Source: Lysobacterales bacterium (GTDB lineage Bacteria > Pseudomonadota > Gammaproteobacteria > Xanthomonadales > SZUA-5). From it: a stretch of 64,000 nt of DNA. How positions within the stretch are numbered: position 1 is the first letter of the stretch; each line of letters starts with the position of its first letter. The notes below the pieces were generated by a model that was not told where the DNA came from, ran no database searches, and was given only the letters and a program-made list of their open reading frames with translations. A program made the translations under genes and the position numbers. Below are positions 27,451-37,800 of this stretch, piece after piece. The stretch lies in NCBI GenBank assembly GCA_022844165.1, contig JALHMH010000004.1, positions 96,001 through 160,000 on the forward strand, given 5' to 3'.

Positions 27451-29772
27451 ATGGGTCATCGTATGCTTCTTGGCAAACATGTTGCCCTTGCTCTGCTTGC
27501 AATATCAGCTGCAAGCGCGATCGAAGCCATGAATCCCGCGCGCTCGGCGGGTATCGGTGGCGTAGCGCCGGCCCCACGGCCCGATGGGAGCAACGTGCTG
27601 CTTTACGGCCAGTTCGATGGACCGTCGGGCAACGGCGTGCCCGACCAGGATTTCGAAGCCTCATTCAATGCCTTCGACGCATGGGCCGCTGACGATTTTG
27701 TGGTGCCTGCCGGAACAACGTGGTTAGTCGATGAAGTACGTACGGTCGGTACAACAGGGACCCCCGGCGGCGCCACGGTCAGCGTGACGTTCTATGCGAA
27801 TTCGCCGGGTGGTGGCGATCCGGATTTGCCCGGTGCTGCCGTACCCGGCTGTAGCTACACGGGCCTTGTACCCACCGATGTGGCCGGGTCGTTTACGATT
27901 GTGCTGCCAACGGTGTGTTCGCTGGCGGCCGGTGCCTACTGGGTCGGTATCCAAACCGCGCAGAACGTTGCTTCATTCGGCCAGCACTTCTGGTCGAATC
28001 GTACCGTGCAAACCGGGTCTGAGGCCGTTTGGCGAAATCCAGGCGATGGATTCGCGACCGGCTGTCTCGATTGGGAGCCGCAGACCGAATGTGGCGTTGG
28101 AGGTGGCGCCGCGCCGGATCTGTTGTTTCAGATTTTCGGCAATGTCGGTGGTGCGGATCTGGCTTTGGCGTTGACCGACACGCCGGATCCAGTCGTTGCC
28201 GGAGCATCAATGACGTACACGGCGACGCTCACCAACCATGGCCCGAGCGCCGCGTCCGATGCTGCGCTCAGTTTGCCGATGGCAGCGGGCACAGGTTTCG
28301 TTTCTGCGGTCGCCACCGGCGCGACTTGCACCACACCAGCGGTGGGTGCGAACGGCACGTTAGCCTGTACATGGACGGGCGTAACGGGCATTGGTGCTGG
28401 AAATGCGCGCACCGCAACGATCACCGTCTCGGTCCCGGCAAGCGCCGCGGCTGGAACGGTCTTCAGCGTCACCGGTACGGTTTCCTCGCCAACGTCGGAC
28501 TCGACACCGGGCAACAATCAGGCTACGACTACGACCACTGTGGCAACGTCAGCCGACCTGTCCATGACGCTGATCGACAACCAGGATCCGGTGACTGCCG
28601 GTGCGGCTCTCACCTACACAGCAACGGCGATCAACAGCGGACCGTCGGATGCTCAGGATGTTGCAATCAGCTTGCCGGTCCCCGTCAATACCACGCTGGT
28701 CAGTGCCAGCGGCGGAACGTGTGTTGCAACCACTTGCACGTTCTCCGGGGCCACCGCGCCTAACGCCATTCGTGTTGCGACTTATGTGTTCACGGTCTTG
28801 CCTTCGGCCACCAATGGCAGCACGATTTCGGCCTTGGCGTCGGTGAATTCGACCACCAACGATGCGAATCCAGCCAACAACTCGGCGCCAGCGACGACCG
28901 CCGTGACTGCGAGCGCTGATCTGGCCGCGGGTCTTACTCTCTCGCCTATACCTGCGACGGCGGGAACGAACCTGATCTACACTGCAACGGTCGCTAACCT
29001 GGGTCCATCCGACGCGCAGAACGCGCAAATCAGTTTGCCCCTGCCAGCAGGGACCAGCTTAGTGTCTGCATCGGGTTTGGGTGCCAGTTGCTCCGGCACA
29101 AACTCGGTGGTCTGCGTATTTGCCGGAGCCACAGCAGCTAACATTGCCCGCACCGCAACCGTCACGGTATTGGTCGCGCCGGGTGTGGCCAATGGCGCCG
29201 CACTGTCGGCCACCCATACGGTGTCGTCGGCCACGCCTGACCCTGTCAATTCCAACAATGCTGTTTCGGCAACGGTAGAGGTGACTGCCAGCGCCGATTT
29301 GGCATTGACGCTAAACGCCTCATCGGTCGACACACCGCCGAATGTGCCAGTGACCTTCACTGCGGTGAGTGCCAATTTGGGACCGAGCGACGCGCAGAAC
29401 CTGTCGATATCGACGGTACTGAGTCCGGACTTCCGGTTCGGTACCGTAACTCCGGGCGCCGGTGGTGCCTGTACGGCGCCTCAAGCCGGGCTGCCTGGCA
29501 CGGTGACCTGCACCTATGCCGGTGCGACAGCATCAAACGCATCGCGGACGATGCTCGTCACAGCAGCGGCGATGGTCGATGGTGTGACCACCATCAACGC
29601 CAGCACAACGTCGGCAACGAGCGATCCGGTCACCGCCAATAACGCGGCGAGCGTATCGATGCGTGCTGGCTTCCCGTTTGAGGCGATTCCGGTCAACAAC
29701 CGGCTGGCGCTAGTGCTGATGGCCGTGCTGCTTGGCGGTTTGGGTCTGGCCGTGGTTCGCCGCAACGGCTGA
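27451..29772 (+). CDS. Secreted protein with four DUF11 repeats and an IPTL-CTERM-like tail
   Basis: Signal peptide; four ADL...N.GPS.A...D....NN.A repeats; C-terminal IPVNNRLALVLMAVLLGGLGLAVVRR. Confidence 0.85.
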   Translation: MGHRMLLGKHVALALLAISAASAIEAMNPARSAGIGGVAPAPRPDGSNVLLYGQFDGPSGNGVPDQDFEASFNAFDAWAADDFVVPAGTTWLVDEVRTVGTTGTPGGATVSVTFYANSPGGGDPDLPGAAVPGCSYTGLVPTDVAGSFTIVLPTVCSLAAGAYWVGIQTAQNVASFGQHFWSNRTVQTGSEAVWRNPGDGFATGCLDWEPQTECGVGGGAAPDLLFQIFGNVGGADLALALTDTPDPVVAGASMTYTATLTNHGPSAASDAALSLPMAAGTGFVSAVATGATCTTPAVGANGTLACTWTGVTGIGAGNARTATITVSVPASAAAGTVFSVTGTVSSPTSDSTPGNNQATTTTTVATSADLSMTLIDNQDPVTAGAALTYTATAINSGPSDAQDVAISLPVPVNTTLVSASGGTCVATTCTFSGATAPNAIRVATYVFTVLPSATNGSTISALASVNSTTNDANPANNSAPATTAVTASADLAAGLTLSPIPATAGTNLIYTATVANLGPSDAQNAQISLPLPAGTSLVSASGLGASCSGTNSVVCVFAGATAANIARTATVTVLVAPGVANGAALSATHTVSSATPDPVNSNNAVSATVEVTASADLALTLNASSVDTPPNVPVTFTAVSANLGPSDAQNLSISTVLSPDFRFGTVTPGAGGACTAPQAGLPGTVTCTYAGATASNASRTMLVTAAAMVDGVTTINASTTSATSDPVTANNAASVSMRAGFPFEAIPVNNRLALVLMAVLLGGLGLAVVRRNG

Positions 29773-29789
29773 GGATTTACGCCTGGCGT

Positions 29790-29845
29790 GGCTTCGCCTC
29801 AGACCGCCGAGCATGGCCGGCCAACAGCGAACTTGCCATAACCCC
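29790..29845 (+). repeat. Dispersed intergenic repeat family A, copy between convergent genes
   Basis: GGCTTCGCCTCAGACCGCCGAGCAT...ACTTGCCATAACCCC. Confidence 0.75.
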
Positions 29846-29851
29846 ACGTCG

Positions 29852-30523
29852 TCAATCCATGACTATCGCGCGACGCATTGCAGCAATCGTGGCGCGATAG
29901 TCAGCGGCTCCGAAAATGGCGGAGCCAGCGACAAAGGTGTCGGCGCCAGCGGCGCTCGCCGCACCGATGTTGTCGATTTTGATGCCGCCATCGACTTCCA
30001 GGCGAACCGCGCGACCGCTGGCATCGATGCGTTCTCTGACGGCACGGATCTTGTCGAGCGCGCCCGGGATAAACGACTGTCCGCCAAATCCGGGATTGAC
30101 TGACATGATCAACACCAGATCGATCCGATGCAGCGTGTGATCGAGCCAGTGCAGCGGTGTTGCGGGATTGAATACCAGACCGGCGTGCAGACCCTGGTCG
30201 GCGATCAGGCCCAGGGTACGATCGATGTGCTCGCTCGCCTCCGGGTGGAAGCTGATCAGACTTGCGCCCGCTTTGGCGAAGTCGGGAATGATGCGATCAA
30301 CCGGCTTGACCATCAGATGCACATCGATCGGCGCGGTGATCCCATGTTTGCGCAAAGCCTCACAGACCAGCGGGCCGATCGTCAAATTCGGAACATAGTG
30401 ATTGTCCATCACATCGAAGTGCACCCAATCGGCGCCGGCGTCGAGTACGGCGCGAGTGTCTTCGCCCAAACGTGCAAAGTCGGCGGACAGAATGGATGGC
30501 GCGATAACAGGGCTTTGTTTCAT
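29852..30523 (-). CDS. rpe: Ribulose-phosphate 3-epimerase
   Basis: [37 protein letters not shown]. Confidence 0.98.
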   Translation of the reverse strand: MKQSPVIAPSILSADFARLGEDTRAVLDAGADWVHFDVMDNHYVPNLTIGPLVCEALRKHGITAPIDVHLMVKPVDRIIPDFAKAGASLISFHPEASEHIDRTLGLIADQGLHAGLVFNPATPLHWLDHTLHRIDLVLIMSVNPGFGGQSFIPGALDKIRAVRERIDASGRAVRLEVDGGIKIDNIGAASAAGADTFVAGSAIFGAADYRATIAAMRRAIVMD

Positions 30524-30647
30524 GATTTCGGGTGATCGATTTGTATTGCTCCAGCATAGACAAATCGCTCAATGGATATGTCGCGCCTGCGCAATCGTTG
30601 GCAGAATCTGCCGGCCGCCGATGGCCGCATAGAACGGGAGCAATACG

Positions 30648-31163
30648 ATGTCGGACGCTTCGTACGTCGAATGTGTGGCGCCGGGCGCGGCGCTGCAATT
30701 CATGACCCGCAACGACTGGTTTATCGACGCGCTGCGCCGCCTTGTCCGGATCGCACCGCAGAACGAAACGATCTCGATTCTGGCCGCGCTGAGTTGGCAG
30801 CAAGAAATCTTGCACGACTACGGTGGGTACGCGGAATGCGAGCGCGTCTGTTCTTTCCACGCCGCGAACGCACGACCCGCGGCAGCGGCGATTCGCGAGT
30901 TTGTGGGTTGGTGCGAGAAACACGCCGAAGAGGCAGTTCGTGCGATAGAAGGCGTGTATGGCAAACCGGAGCACTTGCTGGATGCGATCGGCGCCCGGTT
31001 GGCGCGCAAAAACCCGCAAAACGAGTCTGTCGGTGGCGAAGAGGGCGATAGCTATGAGTTTTTCTTCGATGTGCTCGAGAGCATTGGCGTGATGCTGGAA
31101 CGCGCCGCTGCGCAAGAGCAAACTGTGCGCTACGCGACTCGGAGGAATCGGGACTGGGAGTAG
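30648..31163 (+). CDS. Hypothetical protein
   Basis: RBS GGGAG before ATG; 171-aa ORF filling the gap between rpe and the next gene; no recognised motif. Confidence 0.55.
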   Translation: MSDASYVECVAPGAALQFMTRNDWFIDALRRLVRIAPQNETISILAALSWQQEILHDYGGYAECERVCSFHAANARPAAAAIREFVGWCEKHAEEAVRAIEGVYGKPEHLLDAIGARLARKNPQNESVGGEEGDSYEFFFDVLESIGVMLERAAAQEQTVRYATRRNRDWE

Positions 31164-31387
31164 CGGGCAGCGCGCGTGCGCATCCAGCATCGATCGTCCG
31201 TCGATCGGTCAATCTTCTGCAATGCACATATGTAACGCAGTCGCGTTCGCAACTGCCAAAGTGCTTGCACTATCACTCCTGATCCCGCCCCGGAACGTCG
31301 ACTGGCGCGAGACCTTCGCGGTCGACGACGACCCGCGACGACTTCGCAAGTACGGCGCCGAACATTCGACCAGCTCGTCGCGTTCGG

Positions 31388-34300
31388 TCACTGCGTCTGG
31401 CAGCGCGTTTGTGTTGGTCCCGCGTAAATGAATCGCTCGATGGTTTTGCTCTGCGTCATGCCATCCAGCGTGTAGCTGAAGGTGCCACGCTCGCCGTTGC
31501 TGAAGCTCAAGGTGGCCGATCCGACCGTTGGCAGCGGGAACAGGGTCGCTGCATTGCCGTTGATCAGGTTGAACGGCGTTCCACTTTGGGGGCGCGTCAG
31601 TGCGCCGGCAAACCTGCCATCCGCACCACGCTGTAACAAGCCGCTGAGCCACATCGGACGCCCATCGTTGGCGTAGGTGTACCACGCGGCGAAGATCGAG
31701 TCGCCGCCTTCAGTAAGTTGCACGCCCCAGCCAGATTCGGCGGGATTCCACCAGGTATCGCTGCGGTTCTGATCGCCAGCACGCGAGCCTTCGACGAAGA
31801 TGCAGGCGGCAATCGATCCGGGAGAAATCCGGGTCATCGACTTGGTTTGGGTCACGCCGCCAATCGTGTATTCGAACAACAACCGACCATTGTCCTGCTC
31901 GCGAAATCGTGCACTGCCGATTTGTGAGCTTTGGCCGTCGATTGGGCCGTTGATTCGATCGAAAGGCGTGCCCGTAAACGAGAGAATGTTTCCGCCGTAG
32001 CTACCGTCCGCGTTGCGAGTTGCGCCTGCGATCAAGTACCAGATCGGTCGACCGTTGCCGTCGTACGTGTACCAGGCGGGAAACAGAACGTCGCCTTGGT
32101 GTGCCATCGACAGACCCCAGCCATCCTCCCCGGGAACGTACCAAAGCCCAGTGAGATTGGATGGGCTCAATGCGCGAGGCAGCGGCCAAACCCAGGCACC
32201 ACGCGAACGGGTGAACGCGGCGAGCGTGGTGAAGCCGCGATCAACGTTCAGCTCCCAGATCATCGCTCGTGGTAGTCCTTCGAAACGCTGCCAGATCACC
32301 TGTTCGGCATCGACATTGTTGGTGAAATAGAGCCCCCAGTCGCTGCCGGCAAATACCTGTCGCGGTATCCAGGGATTGACGATTACGGTGTTCACCGGAA
32401 TCGACGGCAGATTGCCAGAGACATTGCGCCAGGCGAACTGCGTGCAACTGGCGCTGCAGCGGACCTGAAAGACGTTGCCAGGCTGTGCAGGCGTATTGGC
32501 CGAAAAGCCAGCAACCGCTGCGTAGCCGATTGAGGGATCCACTGGATCGACAGCGACATCGAGCACCGGCCGGTTGGGTAACACCTGGTTGTTCCCCGTG
32601 ACGTTGAGCCACTGTGCTGGCGTGGTATTGCCAAGATTGAGGCCGAACCAGACATTGCCATCGAGTGTGCCAACCATCGCGATTCGTCTTGTGGATGGCG
32701 CGAAGCGCAAGCCCTGAATGACGGAGCGATTGTCGGTGCCCAGGATCAATGCGTCTTTGGTCAGATTCGGACTGATCGCTGTCCAGCGCGTGGCGGCCGT
32801 GGTTGCGGTGGCGCCGTTTGTCGTCTCCCAAATTCGATTGGTGCCTGCAATCAAGTGCGTGCAACCTTCGCTCGCGCTACAGCCGCTGTGTGGGACATTG
32901 GTATCGCCATAGCGGTACAAATCGAACCGCATCAAGAAGCTCTTGGGATCGCCACTGGTCTGGCCGGCGCCCCATGCGCCGAAAGCCTGCGCCTCCGGCG
33001 CATTCGGTCCGTTGGTGCTGACCACCAGATTGCCGCGTTGGCTCGACATGTAGACACGCTGGCCAAGGATTGGCTCAATGCGTGCGGTAATGCCGTCGCC
33101 GCCGAATACATGAGTCCACGCCGCTGGCGTTGCAGGACCGCTCTGGACCAGTACGCTGGTCCCATTGTCTTGCGCACCTCCAATGACAACGCGGTCATTG
33201 TTTGTGGCAAAGTTCGCGGATATGTCACCCGAATAAAACTCGATGGCGTTGATCGATGTGTTCAGCGGTATCCAGTTGGGTTCCGCGGCCGTCGCATTGC
33301 CGGTGTAGTAGACGCCGCCGTCGTTGCCAATCAGCAAACGGTTGGAGTCGCCGCCGACGAAGGCACGGGCGTGTTGGTCGATGTGAACAGCGCCGCTGTC
33401 GTTGCTACCCGCCCGCGTGCAAGAGATCGCCGGAAAGGTATTGCCGCCATCGGTCGAGCGATACACCCACCAGGCGCTGAGCACCACGGTTTCGGGATTG
33501 TTCGGGTCGACGCTGATGCCCGCGTTGTACCAGTTCTGATTGCCCGGCTGGCATCCGCTGAACGATGCGCCGGCAGGCTGGCTGCGCAATTGCCAGCTGT
33601 CGCCGCCGTCGACGCTGCGATAAAGCGCCTGAATTTCGAAGTTCGCAGGCCCAATCGTCTTGGCATAGATGACATTGGGCGCAGAAGGTGCAATCGCCAG
33701 TTCGACGCGGCCAAACGGTGCGAACGACTGGCCGACGCCGGTGTTTGCCGGCCAACCATTCTCTTGGCGAGAGATCAAGGTCCAGGCGCTGACGGCGGGG
33801 CACTGGGCGTTTGGCCAGGTCGTGCGGTAGACGCCGTTTGCGCCGTTCTGATCAAGATCCGGTTGCACCGGAGTGGCTGAACCACGTGCGCCAACGGCGG
33901 CGTAGAGTGTGGTGCTGCCTGCTACCAGTACGGCGTTCAATGCTGTAATGTCCTGTCGCTGTGGATTGATGGCGTTGTGTCCGAACCGATTGGTCAGGCA
34001 CGGCCCGCTCCAGGTGTGGCCCGCGTCGTACGAAAAGTACAGTCCGGTTTTGGTTCCCACCGCGACGCGATTGGAGTTGCCCGGATCGACGAGCACTTTG
34101 CCGATCGCCTGGTATTGCGCGAAGGCACTCAGCGATGCCGGATAATTGGGGACAAAAACGTCGCGACCGAGGACTTGCCAGGTGTCGCCGCCGTCGCTGG
34201 ATTTGAGTACGCCGGCAGAGCCAAACGACCAGGAACCGAAACGCAGGTCGCCCGTACCGGCATAAATTACGTTTGCATTGTTTGGATCCATCTCCAAATC

Positions 34301-34801
34301 GCCGATGGCAATGCTCGCAATATTCGGATCGTCGGTGACGTTGGAGAACGTTGTGTCCGCCGAGCAGCAGTTGTCGGATCGCCACACGCCGCCACCGTCG
34401 CTGGCAACCCATACCCGGTAGGAGTTGAGATTGCCCGGGACCAAAGGCAAAGGTGAGACGACAATATCGTTGACACGGCCGGTAACGCGGTCGCTGCCCT
34501 GGTTGAGGGGCTGGGGGCCGAGCGGCGTAAAAACGTTCGGGTTGAGTCGCGCGTTTTTGTCGGTCAAGCGGTTTCCTTCGGGTATCGCCGCTGAAACACT
34601 CAGGTCTTGGGTCAGCGCTTCGTTCCACCAATTGGCGTCGAAACGTCCGGTGGGATAGCTGTAAAGGTGCGCCATAAAATCGCCGATCGGTTCAGCACGC
34701 GGGTCTTTGATGACCTTCGGCGTGTTAACGCTCAGCTGTGGCGCGTGGTGCGTGCAGCTCAGCATCAGTAACACCATCGACAGCAGTAAACCTTTTCGCA
34801 T
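31388..34801 (-). CDS. Large secreted BNR/Asp-box beta-propeller protein with a duplicated C-terminal domain
   Basis: Signal/lipobox-like LLMLSC; Asp-boxes SSDGGDTW, SYDAGHTW, SVDGGDSW, STDGGNTF; HIDQH; two C-terminal repeats GLWYVPGEDGWG/TWWNPAESGWG. Confidence 0.8.
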   Translation of the reverse strand: MRKGLLLSMVLLMLSCTHHAPQLSVNTPKVIKDPRAEPIGDFMAHLYSYPTGRFDANWWNEALTQDLSVSAAIPEGNRLTDKNARLNPNVFTPLGPQPLNQGSDRVTGRVNDIVVSPLPLVPGNLNSYRVWVASDGGGVWRSDNCCSADTTFSNVTDDPNIASIAIGDLEMDPNNANVIYAGTGDLRFGSWSFGSAGVLKSSDGGDTWQVLGRDVFVPNYPASLSAFAQYQAIGKVLVDPGNSNRVAVGTKTGLYFSYDAGHTWSGPCLTNRFGHNAINPQRQDITALNAVLVAGSTTLYAAVGARGSATPVQPDLDQNGANGVYRTTWPNAQCPAVSAWTLISRQENGWPANTGVGQSFAPFGRVELAIAPSAPNVIYAKTIGPANFEIQALYRSVDGGDSWQLRSQPAGASFSGCQPGNQNWYNAGISVDPNNPETVVLSAWWVYRSTDGGNTFPAISCTRAGSNDSGAVHIDQHARAFVGGDSNRLLIGNDGGVYYTGNATAAEPNWIPLNTSINAIEFYSGDISANFATNNDRVVIGGAQDNGTSVLVQSGPATPAAWTHVFGGDGITARIEPILGQRVYMSSQRGNLVVSTNGPNAPEAQAFGAWGAGQTSGDPKSFLMRFDLYRYGDTNVPHSGCSASEGCTHLIAGTNRIWETTNGATATTAATRWTAISPNLTKDALILGTDNRSVIQGLRFAPSTRRIAMVGTLDGNVWFGLNLGNTTPAQWLNVTGNNQVLPNRPVLDVAVDPVDPSIGYAAVAGFSANTPAQPGNVFQVRCSASCTQFAWRNVSGNLPSIPVNTVIVNPWIPRQVFAGSDWGLYFTNNVDAEQVIWQRFEGLPRAMIWELNVDRGFTTLAAFTRSRGAWVWPLPRALSPSNLTGLWYVPGEDGWGLSMAHQGDVLFPAWYTYDGNGRPIWYLIAGATRNADGSYGGNILSFTGTPFDRINGPIDGQSSQIGSARFREQDNGRLLFEYTIGGVTQTKSMTRISPGSIAACIFVEGSRAGDQNRSDTWWNPAESGWGVQLTEGGDSIFAAWYTYANDGRPMWLSGLLQRGADGRFAGALTRPQSGTPFNLINGNAATLFPLPTVGSATLSFSNGERGTFSYTLDGMTQSKTIERFIYAGPTQTRCQTQ

Positions 34802-34871
34802 GGTCTGCGTTCCTATCGCCGATAGGCGCAGAATACGGCGCATCGTTCGCGTCTCGCGCAGGAACTTTGTC

Positions 34872-37800
34872 ATGGTTCGTTGGGTAGCTGCTTCACTGAT
34901 GCTGGCGATGACATCTGCATTCGCAGAAGTGCCATACGTGAATTTCGAGAATCACCCGGTCCGTGCGCTGTCGCTCAGTCCCAACCGGCAACTGCTTGCG
35001 GTCGCGCACACCAGCGATGCTCGCGTGCAGCTGATCGACGTCAGCGGCGAATCGCCGCTGGCCGTCGGCCATGTGGTCGTCGGTTTTGATCCTGTCGCGG
35101 TGCAGTGGCGCAACGATGGCGAGCTTTGGGTGGTCAACCATGTTTCCGATTCGATCAGCATCGTTGATGTGACGGCGCGGCGCATCACGCGCACGCTGGC
35201 GACGGGCGATGAACCCTTCGATATCGTATTCGCTGGCAACCGCGCGTTCGTGAGTTGCTCGCAAGTCAATCAGGTCCAGGTATTCGATCTGAATGCACTG
35301 CACGTTGCGCCCCAGGTTGTGTCCATCAACGGCGAAGATCCCCGTGCATTGGCCCTGAGTCGGGACGGGCAAACGGTGTATGCGGCGATATTCGAATCGG
35401 GCAATGCCAGCACCATATTGGCGGGGAGTTTCTCCGGGATCAATCCCGGCATACCCAACGTTGTCAGCGATCCCCGCGGACCCTATGCCGGCCAGAATCC
35501 ACCGCCGAATCGCGGCACCAGCTTCGATCCACCGGTTCACCCGGCACGCACGCCGCCGCGCGTCAGTTTAATCGTCAAGCGCAACGCGCAAGGACGATGG
35601 ATGGATGACAACAACGGCGACTGGACGAACTTCGTATCGGGCCCGCAGGCCGCCGCATCGGGACGTCGCGTAGGCTGGACGCTTGGCGATCGCGATATCG
35701 CAGCGATCCGCGTCAGCGATTTGCAAGTGAGTTACATCACCGGGCTGATGAACATCGGCATGGCGCTGGCGGTCAATCCGGGCAGCGGCGAGGTGACGCT
35801 CGTGGGTACGGATGCGCGCAACGAAGTGCGCTTCGAGCCGATCATCAACGGCAAGTTTTTGACTGTCGCACTGGCGCGGCTCAACGCGAGCGGCAGTATC
35901 GTCAGCGACCTCAATCCGCATTTGATCGGGCAACCAGCGACGGTCGCGACTGCCTTACGCGAACGCTCGCTCGGCGATCCGCGTGCGATCGTCTGGAACG
36001 GCGATGGCTCTCGTGCCTATGTCGCAGGAATGGGTTCGAATAACGTTGTCGTGATCGATGCAAGCGGGTCACGAGTCGGTGCACCCATTCGTGTTGGCAC
36101 CGGGCCGGCTGGGCTTGCATTGGATGGCATACGCAACCGGCTCTATGTGTGGAACCACTTTGAGGCCTCGCTATCGCAGATCGACACGGCGACAAACACA
36201 GAGCGCTCGCGGTTGGCGCTTTTCAACCCGTTGCCGACCGCCATTCGCGAGGGCAGGGCGTTCCTTTACGACACTCAGCGCACCAGCGGTGGTGGACAGG
36301 TGTCTTGCGCCTCGTGCCACATCGATGCGCGGATGGACCGGCTGGCGTGGGATTTAGGCGATCCCAGCAAGCCGCCGCAGGTCTTCGATCAAAATTGCAT
36401 TACCCAGGTCGGGCAACCGCGCTGCGAGGACTTTCATGCGATGAAAGGCCCCATGACTACACAAACCATGCAAGACAACATCGGCCACGAACCGCATCAC
36501 TGGCGCGGCGACAGGGCGGGCATCGAGGCGTTCAATCCGGCCTTCGAAGAGTTGCTGGGCGACGATGTTGAACTGACGCGCAACGAAATGCAGGCGTTCG
36601 AAGATTTCCTCGCAACGATTCACTTCCCGCCGAATCCGTTTCGCAATTTCGACAACTCGCTACCGACTTCACTGCCGTTAGTGGGCCACTACACCAGTGG
36701 TCGTTTTGCGATGGCCGGGCAGAACTTTCCGCCGGGCAACGCGGTGCGCGGCACGGAGCTGTTCACCACCGGGCTGCTCGACAACGTATTCCAGTGCGGT
36801 AGTTGCCACACGTTGCCGACGGGCATGGCAACGAACGGCCCGCTATTGCTTGGCGTGCTCGGATTTCCGGTGGGCGGTCGGGTGATGCCTATGGGCCCGA
36901 ACGGCGAGAACCACCTTGGCGTTGTCAGCACCGACGGATCGACGAATGTCTCGATCAAAGTCCCTCAGCTGCGCAATCAGCACGAGAAAGTCGGCTTCGA
37001 AATGAGTCAACTCGACAACAACGCCGGCTTTGGTTTCTTCCATGACGGCTCTGTGGATTCGCTGGCGAAGTTTCTATCGGCCAACGTGTTCTCAGTCCGC
37101 AGCGATCAGGATCTGGCGGATCTGATTGCAATGAACCTGGCGTTTTCCGGCTCGGAATTTCCGCAGCCAAACGCGCCGCTTGGCGCGCCAGCGCCGCTGT
37201 CCAAAGATGCTCATGCGGGCGTGGGTCAGCAGATTTCGGTCGGTGCAAGCGTTCCGACGCGGGCGGCCGAGATGCTGGCTCAGGCGCGTGCCGGGCGCTT
37301 GGATTTGATCGTACGCGGCGATCGCGGGTACGTCTTCGACCGCAGTAGCGATTCGTTCACTCCCGATGATGGCAGCGTTGCCGTTTCCGTCAGTGCGTTG
37401 CAGGCGCTGGCGGCAACCAGCGCACAAACCTGGACCGCTGTGCCACGTGGAATGGGGCGGCGCCTGGGCATCAATCGAGATGGCGATAACGTGCTCGATG
37501 GCGTTGAGATTCGCCAGGGATCCAATCCAGCCGATGCGAGTTCAACGACGTTGCGCGCCCTCGCCGGTCTATGGTTCAACCCGGCGCGTTCCGGGCACGG
37601 GCTCGATGTGCAGCATGCCGGCAGCAACATGGTCGCGACGTGGTACACCTACAACGACGATGGCAGCCCGACCTGGTACTTGAGCGTTGGGCCACGCGCC
37701 AACCCCTATGTGGCTACGCTACGGCGATTCACCTGGAACGGCAGCGCAGCGGTAGAACAGAGTGTCGGCGATATTCGTCTTGAGTTTTCCAGCGCAACCC

